From IMG/VR virus record IMGVR_UViG_3300036985_002287, positions 30,613 to 94,612 of that record: a DNA stretch of 64,000 bases; one strand, given 5' to 3'. Source of the stretch: a virus. Lineage: Duplodnaviria > Heunggongvirae > Uroviricota > Caudoviricetes. How positions within the stretch are numbered: the stretch's first letter is position 1; the number at the start of each line of letters is the position of its first letter. The notes under the pieces were generated by a model, which made no database searches, was not told the DNA's origin, and saw only the letters and a program-made list of their open reading frames with translations. Of this stretch, positions 15,099-23,794 are shown piece after piece. A program made the translations under genes and the position numbers.

Positions 15099-15304
15099 TG
15101 TCTGAATTGAGGTTTATCGAATTTAGCTAAACTTGCCGCCACAATATCTTTTGCATCACTCTCTGACAAACTGTTTGTTTCTTCCCATTGTTCATTATCT
15201 TCGTTCCAAATAAGAATGCCACCTAGGTTATTGATTTTGTAGAAACCCGAAATAGTATGAACCAATACATATTGAAGAATGATTGCTTTGTGTGCTTGCA
15301 TCAT
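15095..15304 (-). CDS. hypothetical protein
   Basis: 69 aa ORF; ATGA overlap with GGDEF gene. Confidence 0.5.
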   Translation of the reverse strand: MMQAHKAIILQYVLVHTISGFYKINNLGGILIWNEDNEQWEETNSLSESDAKDIVAASLAKFDKPQFRH

Positions 15305-15978
15305 CTATTTATTACTTCTGGAGGTATTCCATGATATAGGTCGATACCGGACTTCTTAGCATAATACATGGCGCAATCAGCGTGATACATCAATGAAGTA
15401 TAATCTTCACCGTGAATTGGGTAAGTAGTCACTCCTACACTGAGACCAACACTAAGATTAGTTCCAGAAATCTCCATTGGCAATTCGACACTCTTTATTA
15501 GATTAATATATTCCACATCAGATAATTCGCCCTTGACTAATATAACAAATTCGTCGCCGCCCAGCCTAGCTGAAATATCACCTTTTCTTAAAGAATCCTG
15601 CATTCTTTCAGCTATGATCTTTAATACGTCGTCGCCCACACGATGCCCGTAGGTATCGTTTATGTATTTGAATTTACATAAATCTATCAATACTAGTTGA
15701 AATTTATCTCCTCGCTTAATAAATTTCTTAAATTCCTTATTAAAGGAACTTCGATTGAATAACCCTGTGAGTGCATCATATTTTGCAAGAGTGACCATTT
15801 CGGACCAGGAAGAATATTGTATAACCATAGGGATAAGTAATAAACATGATACCACAGCATCTACTAAATAATGTAGAACATGTGGCAACACGATTAGTTC
15901 ATGCATAAGATGGATGATAGATATACACCCGGAGAATGCTAGGCATAATACCGTAGCATGAATGATATTTGCTTTCAT
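15301..15978 (-). CDS. membrane-anchored GGDEF-domain diguanylate cyclase
   Basis: Two N-terminal hydrophobic helices; YDALTGLFNR, HRVGDDVL, RLGGDEFVIL (GGDEF) motifs. Confidence 0.8.
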   Translation of the reverse strand: MKANIIHATVLCLAFSGCISIIHLMHELIVLPHVLHYLVDAVVSCLLLIPMVIQYSSWSEMVTLAKYDALTGLFNRSSFNKEFKKFIKRGDKFQLVLIDLCKFKYINDTYGHRVGDDVLKIIAERMQDSLRKGDISARLGGDEFVILVKGELSDVEYINLIKSVELPMEISGTNLSVGLSVGVTTYPIHGEDYTSLMYHADCAMYYAKKSGIDLYHGIPPEVINR

Positions 15979-15989
15979 CTAATATTTAT

Positions 15990-16193
15990 TTAAGATCCAA
16001 TAATTTTAACACGAGATAGGTATGATCGAGCACCCACTAATTCAATCTCTAACTGATCAAGTGCCTTTACAAAGTGCCCACGCATATGCTTTTCGTGAGT
16101 TATCTTTCTAACTTGATTTCCTAACGACCTGACAGAGTCGAATGCCTCTTGTGTTAATCGAAATGCTTCCTCTGCCTTTTCGAGTTCAGTCAT
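15990..16193 (-). CDS. hypothetical protein
   Basis: Track ORF trimmed to MTELEKAEE (8-nt overlap with upstream stop). Confidence 0.45.
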   Translation of the reverse strand: MTELEKAEEAFRLTQEAFDSVRSLGNQVRKITHEKHMRGHFVKALDQLEIELVGARSYLSRVKIIGS

Positions 16194-16371
16194 TTTGAAA
16201 TTCTCTATCTCTTGTTTGATCAGCAAGCCATTCTCCGTATGCAGCCCACCGTTCTGGGATTGGATTACCGCCTATGTCGTAACGTCCGCTGGCAGAAATA
16301 TTCCCTCTTGCATCATAATATTCGTCGTCATATTCATCATCAAGCTCTAGAGCTTCAATCTGTTTTCTCAT
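16186..16371 (-). CDS. hypothetical protein
   Basis: 61 aa acidic ORF. Confidence 0.45.
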   Translation of the reverse strand: MRKQIEALELDDEYDDEYYDARGNISASGRYDIGGNPIPERWAAYGEWLADQTRDREFQND

Positions 16372-16433
16372 ATTGACTCCTGTAAAGTTTATTCTTCAGC
16401 TAACTTAGGAACTCCAGTAGGTACCGGGTCGAC

Positions 16434-16907
16434 CTACGGCTCAGACTCTTCGTGTCTTTCGCGATGATGCCTTTCGCATAATGTCTTAGTCCAACCGTCG
16501 CTGCGTGGCTCACCCGGTGCACCGCACATTTCGCATACGCGGAAAGACATAGATTCGGCAAAATCTATATAATTATGCACTTCATCTGATGCACCATTGA
16601 CATAAAATCGCAAGCCACCAAATTTTTCCTTGACTTGCATAATAGTAGGGAGATCCTCTAATGCATCTGCTACTTCCTTTTCGAGTTTAGGAATGTATTC
16701 GGGATCACCCGAAGGAGTTGGGCACTCTAGTGCAAATTTTAGTCGTCTCTTAGCACTTTCTACCCTGTGTGATATTAAACTGCATAAGGTATCAATTATG
16801 CCGGTCCATCCTATCTCTACGCCGAAATAATCGACATTAGCTTTTTCGTATAGGTCGGGCCAGCGTTTAGCTAAATCTTCAAAATGTTGGTCAATATCTG
16901 GAGTCAT
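16434..16907 (-). CDS. hypothetical protein (leaderless)
   Basis: 157 aa; KEKFGGLRFY and CEMCG motifs; ATG 6 nt after TAAAAT. Confidence 0.55.
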   Translation of the reverse strand: MTPDIDQHFEDLAKRWPDLYEKANVDYFGVEIGWTGIIDTLCSLISHRVESAKRRLKFALECPTPSGDPEYIPKLEKEVADALEDLPTIMQVKEKFGGLRFYVNGASDEVHNYIDFAESMSFRVCEMCGAPGEPRSDGWTKTLCERHHRERHEESEP

Positions 16908-16913
16908 GCTATT

Positions 16914-16942
16914 ATTTTAATACCTTATTATGTAACTGTCTA
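16914..16942 (-). promoter_or_regulatory. promoter TAGACA-N17-TAAAAT, 6 nt from ATG
   Basis: tgtcta 16937-16942; atttta 16914-16919. Confidence 0.5.
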
Positions 16943-16997
16943 TACCTTCATACGCTTATATGCGCGAATTTTGTACGCGATTTTGGTGCAGGATTTC

Positions 16998-17032
16998 TAT
17001 TTTAAAATCCAAATCCCAAATTTAAATCTGAG
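16998..17032. promoter_or_regulatory. 35-nt conserved intergenic element, copy A
   Basis: tattttaaaatccaaatcccaaatttaaatctgag; 31/35 identical to 43391-43425. Confidence 0.6.
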
Positions 17033-17034
17033 AT

Positions 17035-17283
17035 TCAAATCTCGGATTCGTAATTAGGATCGTTGGTCTTACCTTCTTTACAATGTAGCCGACTAATTCT
17101 CTCTGCTGTTGCTGCTAGGCGAACAAAGAGTAATTCATACTTAGATAAGGATACAATATACCCTAATTTATTCTCTCGATCACTTTTCACAACCGATTCT
17201 ATCTTCATGTTCGCTCTACTAAGAAAGCTATGTAATTCTTTTTCCTGATCTTGTGTGATGTCTATTCTATATTTATTTCTCAT
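17035..17283 (-). CDS. hypothetical protein
   Basis: 82 aa ORF. Confidence 0.5.
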   Translation of the reverse strand: MRNKYRIDITQDQEKELHSFLSRANMKIESVVKSDRENKLGYIVSLSKYELLFVRLAATAERISRLHCKEGKTNDPNYESEI

Positions 17284-17633
17284 CGTAACTGGATTCCTTT
17301 TAGTTTTTCAGCCAGCACGTTAGGGTCCGATAAGTCTTCACTACCAGTATGTACTGTAATCTTAATCGTATGCTGATCATTTATTCGTTTTTCTTCTGCT
17401 AACTCTTCTTCAGTGCGTTCACGCCGAATCTTTACCGTCTTCATACCTAACCGGAATGTCAGTGCAGATTCCGCATCCATATCTATAATAGTCTGCCTAT
17501 TTGATGTCCGTAAATTTTCAGTGTCGACTGGATGAATTTCTTCTACCACACTGTATTCGTCGTCATCCAATCTTCCTAAGATTCTACGGAATTTAGTTTC
17601 TTCTTCTGCATCTATTGTAAATGTATATTTCAT
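17280..17633 (-). CDS. hypothetical protein
   Basis: 117 aa ORF; ATGA overlaps. Confidence 0.5.
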   Translation of the reverse strand: MKYTFTIDAEEETKFRRILGRLDDDEYSVVEEIHPVDTENLRTSNRQTIIDMDAESALTFRLGMKTVKIRRERTEEELAEEKRINDQHTIKITVHTGSEDLSDPNVLAEKLKGIQLR

Positions 17634-17869
17634 GTTATTTCCTGTTCGTTATTAACTATGCCCATTATAGGACAAGACAATTTTAGTGCAACCAAGTCAT
17701 TCCTGGTTGCTTTTATCGAATACATTGCTGTCAGCATTCCTGATCCGGAGCCTTCATGCCCTGGTATAAGATCGTAAGATATTGCCTTATGAATTATATC
17801 ATTAGCAGTCAAATATTCCTCTAGCACTGTCGAGTCTTCAAATTTTATTCTAACAAATGATCCACTCAT
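17630..17869 (-). CDS. hypothetical protein
   Basis: 79 aa ORF. Confidence 0.5.
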   Translation of the reverse strand: MSGSFVRIKFEDSTVLEEYLTANDIIHKAISYDLIPGHEGSGSGMLTAMYSIKATRNDLVALKLSCPIMGIVNNEQEIT

Positions 17870-18084
17870 ACCATGTGATCCCTGAAGGTTCCTGCGGGGT
17901 ATTTTAATTTAAGAACTATTTCTAATTCCTCATCGTCAACACAGAATACAAATTGTGTAAGCGGTCCTACTCCTCTAGGATCTATCTCTATTTTTCTAAA
18001 TATAGGCACTCCTACCTCTTCTTTTAACCATTTTTCCTTCATCTGCGCTATTGACGAGATGCATGTATAAGACATAATTCGCAT
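17866..18084 (-). CDS. hypothetical protein
   Basis: 72 aa ORF. Confidence 0.5.
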   Translation of the reverse strand: MRIMSYTCISSIAQMKEKWLKEEVGVPIFRKIEIDPRGVGPLTQFVFCVDDEELEIVLKLKYPAGTFRDHMV

Positions 18085-18845
18085 TATACGCCCTTTATTA
18101 GTTGTAGCATATCGGGAATTCTAGTATGTGAATTCTTACTCCCTAACAATATATACATTCGTTTCCCTACATCAGAATTTAATATCATTACAAGACACCC
18201 TCCTGCTGGATTAGTAAATCCAGTTTTAGATAATTGTATATCAAACTGCGATGTTAGTGGATTCGTATTATGTAATTTAATCAATCTCTTATTTGTCCGT
18301 ATTTCGGCATTAGGCTGACCCGATATTTCACTAATTGTATTATTTAATGTAGCCACCATTAACAATTTCAATAAATCATGTGCTGTGCTAACATTGCCTT
18401 TATCTAATCCGGTGGGTTCTTGATATCGGGTGCTTGTCATTCCTAACTCTGCTGCCTTATCATTCATTTTCTCTACACAAGATGGCAAGTTGATACATAA
18501 TATTTGTGCTGCGAAATTATCCGATCTAACAAGTGCTAGTGTCAATAATTCACGTCTAGATAGATTATGTGTTGTCCTCGGTATGCTACTTTGTACTTGA
18601 CGCTTATTGGGTATAGATAAAGCTTCGGTCAAGTCTTGTTCGGACGAAAGAAGCGCAACCATTAATTTACTGATACTTGCTATAGGGCGTATTGTATCGC
18701 CGTCTTGTTCTTTCAGTATTGTGCCATCCTCTGTAGCCACAATATAACTTTTCGAACTAAAGGGTATTACTCGATGATTGCCTTTGGCCGCAGCATTACT
18801 TATGAGAAGAGCAGATGCACATATAGCTAGAATAAGAGTCTTCAT
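18084..18845 (-). CDS. secreted D-alanyl-D-alanine carboxy/endopeptidase (S11, PBP5/7-like)
   Basis: Signal peptide; SISK (SxxK), SDN, KTG active-site triad motifs in correct order. Confidence 0.75.
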   Translation of the reverse strand: MKTLILAICASALLISNAAAKGNHRVIPFSSKSYIVATEDGTILKEQDGDTIRPIASISKLMVALLSSEQDLTEALSIPNKRQVQSSIPRTTHNLSRRELLTLALVRSDNFAAQILCINLPSCVEKMNDKAAELGMTSTRYQEPTGLDKGNVSTAHDLLKLLMVATLNNTISEISGQPNAEIRTNKRLIKLHNTNPLTSQFDIQLSKTGFTNPAGGCLVMILNSDVGKRMYILLGSKNSHTRIPDMLQLIKGV

Positions 18846-18851
18846 CTCTTT

Positions 18852-18880
18852 ATTATACTACATATATTATTTAATGTCAA
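18852..18880 (-). promoter_or_regulatory. perfect promoter TTGACA-N17-TATAAT, 6 nt from ATG
   Basis: tgtcaa 18875-18880; attata 18852-18857; ATG 18845. Confidence 0.7.
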
Positions 18881-19260
18881 CCTGTGTTCAGGCCTACTGC
18901 CGGTGCCGTCCATAATGGACCTACAGAGGTTGGGCCGTATGTTACGACAGGGAAAGATATTGTACTACCATCATTTATTTGGAAACTAATGCGGCCACCG
19001 CGATCAGTAATATCTAAAAGGTTATCTGTTACCTTAACCATACAGGTGCCTATCGTATCATCTACAGGAATGAATTGTCGAGTTTCGAATATTACGCTTG
19101 CTCGATTTTCGGGATACCAATTAAAGGAGATAATGTTACTTAGTTCCGATCCTACGACCTTAAAGTAACTGGGAACTCCACTTGTTATAACTATCGCTAC
19201 TAGGCCGGAACCTGCAAATGGGCTGGTCGGTAATGCTTGAACTTCGTCTATGGTTGTCAT
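18877..19260 (-). CDS. hypothetical protein
   Basis: 127 aa ORF. Confidence 0.5.
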   Translation of the reverse strand: MTTIDEVQALPTSPFAGSGLVAIVITSGVPSYFKVVGSELSNIISFNWYPENRASVIFETRQFIPVDDTIGTCMVKVTDNLLDITDRGGRISFQINDGSTISFPVVTYGPTSVGPLWTAPAVGLNTG

Positions 19261-19272
19261 CCACTATTTATC

Positions 19273-19530
19273 TTATCGCCGATACTTATTTTTAAGGTCG
19301 TCAGAAATATAGGATATTCGCATATGCTCTGCAAAATATGAATCGCGTAATTTTATAACAGATGCATATGAAGAATTGATTTTACCCCACACTGTGGCCT
19401 GCCCGCTTTCTACATCAGTAAAAAGATGTACAATTTCAAACTCATCCTTATCTAATGCATGAACTTTTTCTAGTAAAATAGACCCGCCGTCTACATCAGA
19501 CAAGAATTCTACCAATATCAGTTCGTTCAT
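19273..19530 (-). CDS. hypothetical protein
   Basis: 85 aa ORF. Confidence 0.5.
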   Translation of the reverse strand: MNELILVEFLSDVDGGSILLEKVHALDKDEFEIVHLFTDVESGQATVWGKINSSYASVIKLRDSYFAEHMRISYISDDLKNKYRR

Positions 19531-19829
19531 ACGCTAATTGATTTTTTAAATATAATACGAAGCAGAGATGGTTTTAATTTAGTGCATAGTGGTTTATACA
19601 CTTCGCCTTCTATCACAAATTCTTGAACATCTAGTTCTTTTATAGCATTGATACAGGATAGTTCTTTATTAAGATGAACGTCAAGATATATTGTATCGTC
19701 AGTTGTCTTTATGACTATTTCGTCTATCGATTGCCTGTTGGTTTCGATTATGGAACGTTCGTTAACAAGCCCATTTACTGATAGAATAGACAGCACTAGA
19801 ATAATTACAATTAAATATTTCACCGACAT
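19527..19829 (-). CDS. hypothetical secreted/membrane protein
   Basis: 100 aa; N-terminal hydrophobic segment YLIVIILVLSILSV. Confidence 0.5.
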   Translation of the reverse strand: MSVKYLIVIILVLSILSVNGLVNERSIIETNRQSIDEIVIKTTDDTIYLDVHLNKELSCINAIKELDVQEFVIEGEVYKPLCTKLKPSLLRIIFKKSISV

Positions 19830-19832
19830 TCC

Positions 19833-19861
19833 TTGATATTGAACATATTATAGTATATAAT
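19833..19861 (+). promoter_or_regulatory. plus-strand promoter TTGATA-N17-TATAAT
   Basis: ttgata 19833-19838, tataat 19856-19861; interdigitated with divergent minus-strand promoter. Confidence 0.55.
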
Positions 19862-19875
19862 ATTATTTTAATCAA
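19847..19875 (-). promoter_or_regulatory. promoter TTGATT-N17-TATAAT
   Basis: aatcaa 19870-19875; attata 19847-19852; AAGGA SD before ATG 19829. Confidence 0.55.
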
Positions 19876-19915
19876 CAGAAGTAAGATAAATAAGTACATA
19901 CTTAACGGAATTCAG

Positions 19916-21055
19916 ATGAGACAGAATGTTTATATAATTTACGATAAGCAGACAGAATATGTTTGTGACAAGATTTGCAAGAAGTTAGATGTAGATGGAA
20001 AATTCATGTCTGAAAATTCCGAATTAACAACCGAAATTTTAGTATCGATAGCAAAGAATTGTAGCAGTAGATACTTCTATATTATTAAAACAGATAAAGA
20101 AATTATATTCGATAAATTTGATTTTTCATATATACCTAAGGTCGTAAAATGGGACAGAAATTATATTCATGTATGGAATAATGATACATCTGTGAGATTA
20201 TATGACTCTGTCGAAGTATTAGACGAACCCGAAATATTTAACGACACTGCACTAAAGAATGGTACAATTAAGATTAAAAATATTGCCGATAAGATATACA
20301 CATATCCGTATTTTGATATAATATTTTTAAGCTACGACGAAGAATATAGCGATGCAAACTATAAGAAATTATTAGATAGATTTCCTAAGGCAAAAAGATT
20401 ACACGGAGTAAAAGGTATCTTGAAGGCTCATAAGATGGCGGCCCGTCTGGCAGAGACCGATATGTTTTATATTATTGATGCCGATGCTGAAATCGTATCT
20501 ACATTTGATTTTTCATACCAACCACAGTCACTCGAAAGGCAATCTGTTCATGTCTGGTACTCGCATAATCCAGTTAATGATTTGGAATATGGGTATGGTG
20601 GCGTAAAATTATTTCCCACACTTGGATTAATAAGATATATAGGTTCTCCCGTAGACTTTACTACCACCGTATCTAAGAGTCTTGTTGTAAAAGAGGAAGT
20701 TAGCAATATCACCCGATTTAACACAGATCCTTTTTCAGCCTGGAGAAGTGGTTTTAGAGAGTGTGTGAAATTAGCATCTAAGATAATACCTAATCATAAT
20801 AATGAAGAAACGGAATACAGATTAAATGAGTGGTGTACTAAGGGAGCAGATAGAGAATTTGGAGAATTTACTATTAAGGGTGCAGTCGAAGGTGCTGTAT
20901 ATGGTAAAATGTTTAGCACTCGCCCTGAACGGCTCTCGATGATAAATGATTTTGCATGGTTAGAAGATAGATTTAGTAGAAATATTAAAATTGTTAAATG
21001 GGATTGGTCCCGTAAAACAAACAAAACATTGACAAAAGACTGTTCCGATTCTTAA
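19916..21055 (+). CDS. hypothetical protein, AT-rich plus-strand gene (possible DxD glycosyltransferase-like)
   Basis: 379 aa; IIDADAE motif; K/I/N/Y/F/D-rich composition; one of only three plus-strand genes. Confidence 0.55.
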   Translation: MRQNVYIIYDKQTEYVCDKICKKLDVDGKFMSENSELTTEILVSIAKNCSSRYFYIIKTDKEIIFDKFDFSYIPKVVKWDRNYIHVWNNDTSVRLYDSVEVLDEPEIFNDTALKNGTIKIKNIADKIYTYPYFDIIFLSYDEEYSDANYKKLLDRFPKAKRLHGVKGILKAHKMAARLAETDMFYIIDADAEIVSTFDFSYQPQSLERQSVHVWYSHNPVNDLEYGYGGVKLFPTLGLIRYIGSPVDFTTTVSKSLVVKEEVSNITRFNTDPFSAWRSGFRECVKLASKIIPNHNNEETEYRLNEWCTKGADREFGEFTIKGAVEGAVYGKMFSTRPERLSMINDFAWLEDRFSRNIKIVKWDWSRKTNKTLTKDCSDS

Positions 21056-21387
21056 CAGTAACTACCTAAGTATCTTTCTACTGTATTATTGATATCGTCT
21101 TCTAACTTATCAGCCTTTATAAAGATTTCTATATCTTTCATTTGTTTAAAGGGATGATCTAGCATATTACATAATGCAGATTTATCTATTAGGACAGGAT
21201 TAAGTAAGTCATCACCTGTCAATTCTACTATATTACCATCTGTATAGAGTACAAGAATCTGATCTATATATTCTAATGGAATTTCTTTAGCATCTATCTC
21301 CCTGACTATACGATCGAATACAGATGGTTTACTTGTTCTACTAATAGCCTTATTAATACTAAAGCTTGTCACTGTTTTCTTTGCCAT
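21052..21387 (-). CDS. hypothetical protein
   Basis: 111 aa; 3' end overlaps convergent plus-strand gene by 4 nt. Confidence 0.5.
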   Translation of the reverse strand: MAKKTVTSFSINKAISRTSKPSVFDRIVREIDAKEIPLEYIDQILVLYTDGNIVELTGDDLLNPVLIDKSALCNMLDHPFKQMKDIEIFIKADKLEDDINNTVERYLGSYC

Positions 21388-21413
21388 ATTATCTCCCGTA
21401 TAGTATATTTATA

Positions 21414-21440
21414 CAAAAATAGGTCGAATGATCGACCTAT
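21414..21440 (-). terminator. intrinsic terminator
   Basis: 9-bp stem ATAGGTCGA/TCGACCTAT, 4-nt loop, followed by TTTTG on minus strand. Confidence 0.6.
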
Positions 21441-21460
21441 TACTCGATGGGATAATATTA

Positions 21461-22186
21461 TTATCTAGCAGCATCTCTCTTTAATTTTGCCGCAACTTTG
21501 GTGCTAATTGCAGAATCCACCTTATCTACTTTGGCCGCTGCTGCTTTAGCTCTGTCACGTTCTCTACGCTTAACCTTTTGTTCTTCTAGCTTTACGGCCT
21601 TTACATCCACCGGTAAAGCTGGTCTTCCTTTACCTGGTCTTGAGCTGGGATCTAATGCGTAAGCCTCCTCGCGCTTTGCTGCTGCATCTTTCTCTAGTAA
21701 CTCTGCTTGAAGAAGTAATCCTTTAGCAATTGCCGATGTATCTATACCTGGAACTGCCGGTATTGTAGGAAGTACAACTGGCTCAACTACTTGCTGACCT
21801 GCTTGTTTAGCCTTATATTCGTCAACCTTCTTATCGATAGTTGCATTAATAAGTGCTAAAGGGACCATGTGTCCTGGTAAAGGAATCATTGTGATATTAG
21901 ATACAGGCTCCTTCCTTAAGAATCCACGTTGATGCAATGCAGTTAAACAATTCTGCCCGTCTGGGAATGTTCTTCGATTCAGAACTTCATAGAATTCATT
22001 TGTTTCGGCTGCTTCTTTGCTGTTAGCACATTGTATCATGTAATCATGATAACTATCCGGGATACGCTCTGTTTCAACAATTAAGCAATTTGTTTCGTCG
22101 TTTGGTAGTTTTCTAAATACAACTGCAACTCGTACACCTGTATTATTTAATGTTCCTACATGCTTTTTTAAATTTTCGATAGCCAT
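21461..22186 (-). CDS. hypothetical protein with Lys/Ala-rich C-terminal tail
   Basis: 241 aa ORF; C-terminal KRRERDRAKAAAAKVDK... basic tail. Confidence 0.55.
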   Translation of the reverse strand: MAIENLKKHVGTLNNTGVRVAVVFRKLPNDETNCLIVETERIPDSYHDYMIQCANSKEAAETNEFYEVLNRRTFPDGQNCLTALHQRGFLRKEPVSNITMIPLPGHMVPLALINATIDKKVDEYKAKQAGQQVVEPVVLPTIPAVPGIDTSAIAKGLLLQAELLEKDAAAKREEAYALDPSSRPGKGRPALPVDVKAVKLEEQKVKRRERDRAKAAAAKVDKVDSAISTKVAAKLKRDAAR

Positions 22187-22195
22187 ATTATCTCC

Positions 22196-22471
22196 TTATT
22201 GAGCCTTCGGCTCTTTTTTCTTTTCTTCGTTCTCTACCCAGGCAAGAAAGCCTGTGAGCTTGTTAAATGCTGTACCTACATCAGCCAACTCAACCGCCTG
22301 AAATGCTCCCCTTCGAGATGCCAAATCAATAATTCGGGCAAGTAGTTGAAGGTCGTTTACTGTTAGCTGCACCGGCTGCGGCTCTTTTTCGGGTAATTGT
22401 AATGAATCATCGGGTAATCCCGACAGTGTTTTTTGTGATAATTTATCAGCATTTACCATTATTGTCTCCAT
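22196..22471 (-). CDS. hypothetical protein
   Basis: 91 aa ORF. Confidence 0.5.
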   Translation of the reverse strand: METIMVNADKLSQKTLSGLPDDSLQLPEKEPQPVQLTVNDLQLLARIIDLASRRGAFQAVELADVGTAFNKLTGFLAWVENEEKKKEPKAQ

Positions 22472-22554
22472 AAAATTAAATACATACTATTCTATATGTA
22501 TTTTATTTATCTCTTCGTGGAGGAAAATGGTATTTTATTGGACGAAAAGTCAAT

Positions 22555-22579
22555 AAAAAGGACCCGAAGGTCCCTTTTT
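22555..22579 (-). terminator. intrinsic terminator
   Basis: AAAGGGACC-TTCG-GGTCCTTTTT on minus strand directly after stop of HNH gene. Confidence 0.65.
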
Positions 22580-23165
22580 AAGTGGCATGCCCAGTTGGCT
22601 GTGGCAGAACAGTTACTAAGTGATCCGGCCAATCCACATAAAACTTCCATTCTTCATCTCTAATATGCAAGGGCAAAGTTTTGCGCTTTGCAAGAATTTC
22701 GTAGTATGTGGGTTTAACAGGCTTCTTTTTTGGCACAATAGTATGATCATCACCCTTATCGCTATTACACGCCTTGCAGGATGTACATACATTGTTCCAA
22801 ACAGTCTTACCACCATGCGAACGCGGAATAACATGGTCGAGTGTTAAGTCGACAAACTTTACCTTACCTGCACGATCCCTGCACCTGCTTGTTGTCTGTA
22901 ACTGGCAGGTAAAATCGTCTCGCAGATACACATTGGCGCGGCTGTACTTCAATGTCTTAGCCCACTTAACCTGTTCTGTCATGATAATGATAGAAGGGAT
23001 AGCCATATCTAAATATTGCGATCTGGCAGTCCAGCTATCGTATGACTTCAATACCTTCACTTTATCAGTGAAAACTAATCTCATAGCGACTTGCCAGCTC
23101 ACAACAGAGAGCGGGATAAGCGATAAGGGCATGCCATTGGCATTTAAAAGTAAGGTATCCGACAT
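22578..23165 (-). CDS. HNH endonuclease
   Basis: LTLDHVIPRSHGGKTVWNNVCTSCKACNSDKG. Confidence 0.8.
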   Translation of the reverse strand: MSDTLLLNANGMPLSLIPLSVVSWQVAMRLVFTDKVKVLKSYDSWTARSQYLDMAIPSIIIMTEQVKWAKTLKYSRANVYLRDDFTCQLQTTSRCRDRAGKVKFVDLTLDHVIPRSHGGKTVWNNVCTSCKACNSDKGDDHTIVPKKKPVKPTYYEILAKRKTLPLHIRDEEWKFYVDWPDHLVTVLPQPTGHAT

Positions 23166-23205
23166 ATTATTCTTAATTTAAAGGATCATTGTGATCCAAT
23201 AGTAC

Positions 23206-23234
23206 ATTATACCGCAGTATAACGTAATTGTCAA
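23206..23234 (-). promoter_or_regulatory. perfect promoter TTGACA-N17-TATAAT
   Basis: tgtcaa 23229-23234; attata 23206-23211; leader contains inverted repeat GGATCA-CAA-TGATCC. Confidence 0.7.
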
Positions 23235-23240
23235 CTCGTC

Positions 23241-23501
23241 TTAAGCAACAAATTCGACATAGTGTTGTAGTTCGGATGGGACACCTTTTAATCTAAGTGC
23301 TACAGCATCTTCTCTTCTATCAAAATCCACTATATATGTTTCTTCGACAATGCGCGGAGTCACAGTTGTTCTTTCGAGTCTGTAACTAACTTCATTATTA
23401 CAAGAATCGTCTATCCAAGCTTTAAAGAAAATATCTAAAAGAGGATGTTTATTTAAAGATTCAGGATTTTTAAGCTTGAATAATAATGAGGTCGAGGACA
23501 T
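23241..23501 (-). CDS. hypothetical protein
   Basis: 86 aa ORF. Confidence 0.5.
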   Translation of the reverse strand: MSSTSLLFKLKNPESLNKHPLLDIFFKAWIDDSCNNEVSYRLERTTVTPRIVEETYIVDFDRREDAVALRLKGVPSELQHYVEFVA

Positions 23502-23544
23502 TAAAAGTATTTATCTATACTTTTAATGTTTGATGAAATTACTG

Positions 23545-23793
23545 TTACAGTACGGGTGTTTTCAGAGGAGTTTTTGTTCCGACGGGACAAAACGTCTCAT
23601 CAACCAATACAAAGATAGGCACAATGATTGTTTCTGAAAATACAATTGCCAAGAATGTATTCCATACACTTAGTTTATAAACAAGTTCTGGATTCTTATC
23701 ATCGGCAATACCAACACAGTGACCAAACTGAGTGGTAGATGTGCAGCCAGAAAGCATAGCGGCTGCTAAGATAATAGCAATAAGTTTTTTCAT
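23545..23793 (-). CDS. small lipoprotein
   Basis: MKKLIAIILAAAMLSGC lipobox; start trimmed to this ATG, 1 nt after VWA gene stop. Confidence 0.6.
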   Translation of the reverse strand: MKKLIAIILAAAMLSGCTSTTQFGHCVGIADDKNPELVYKLSVWNTFLAIVFSETIIVPIFVLVDETFCPVGTKTPLKTPVL

Positions 23794-23794
23794 T

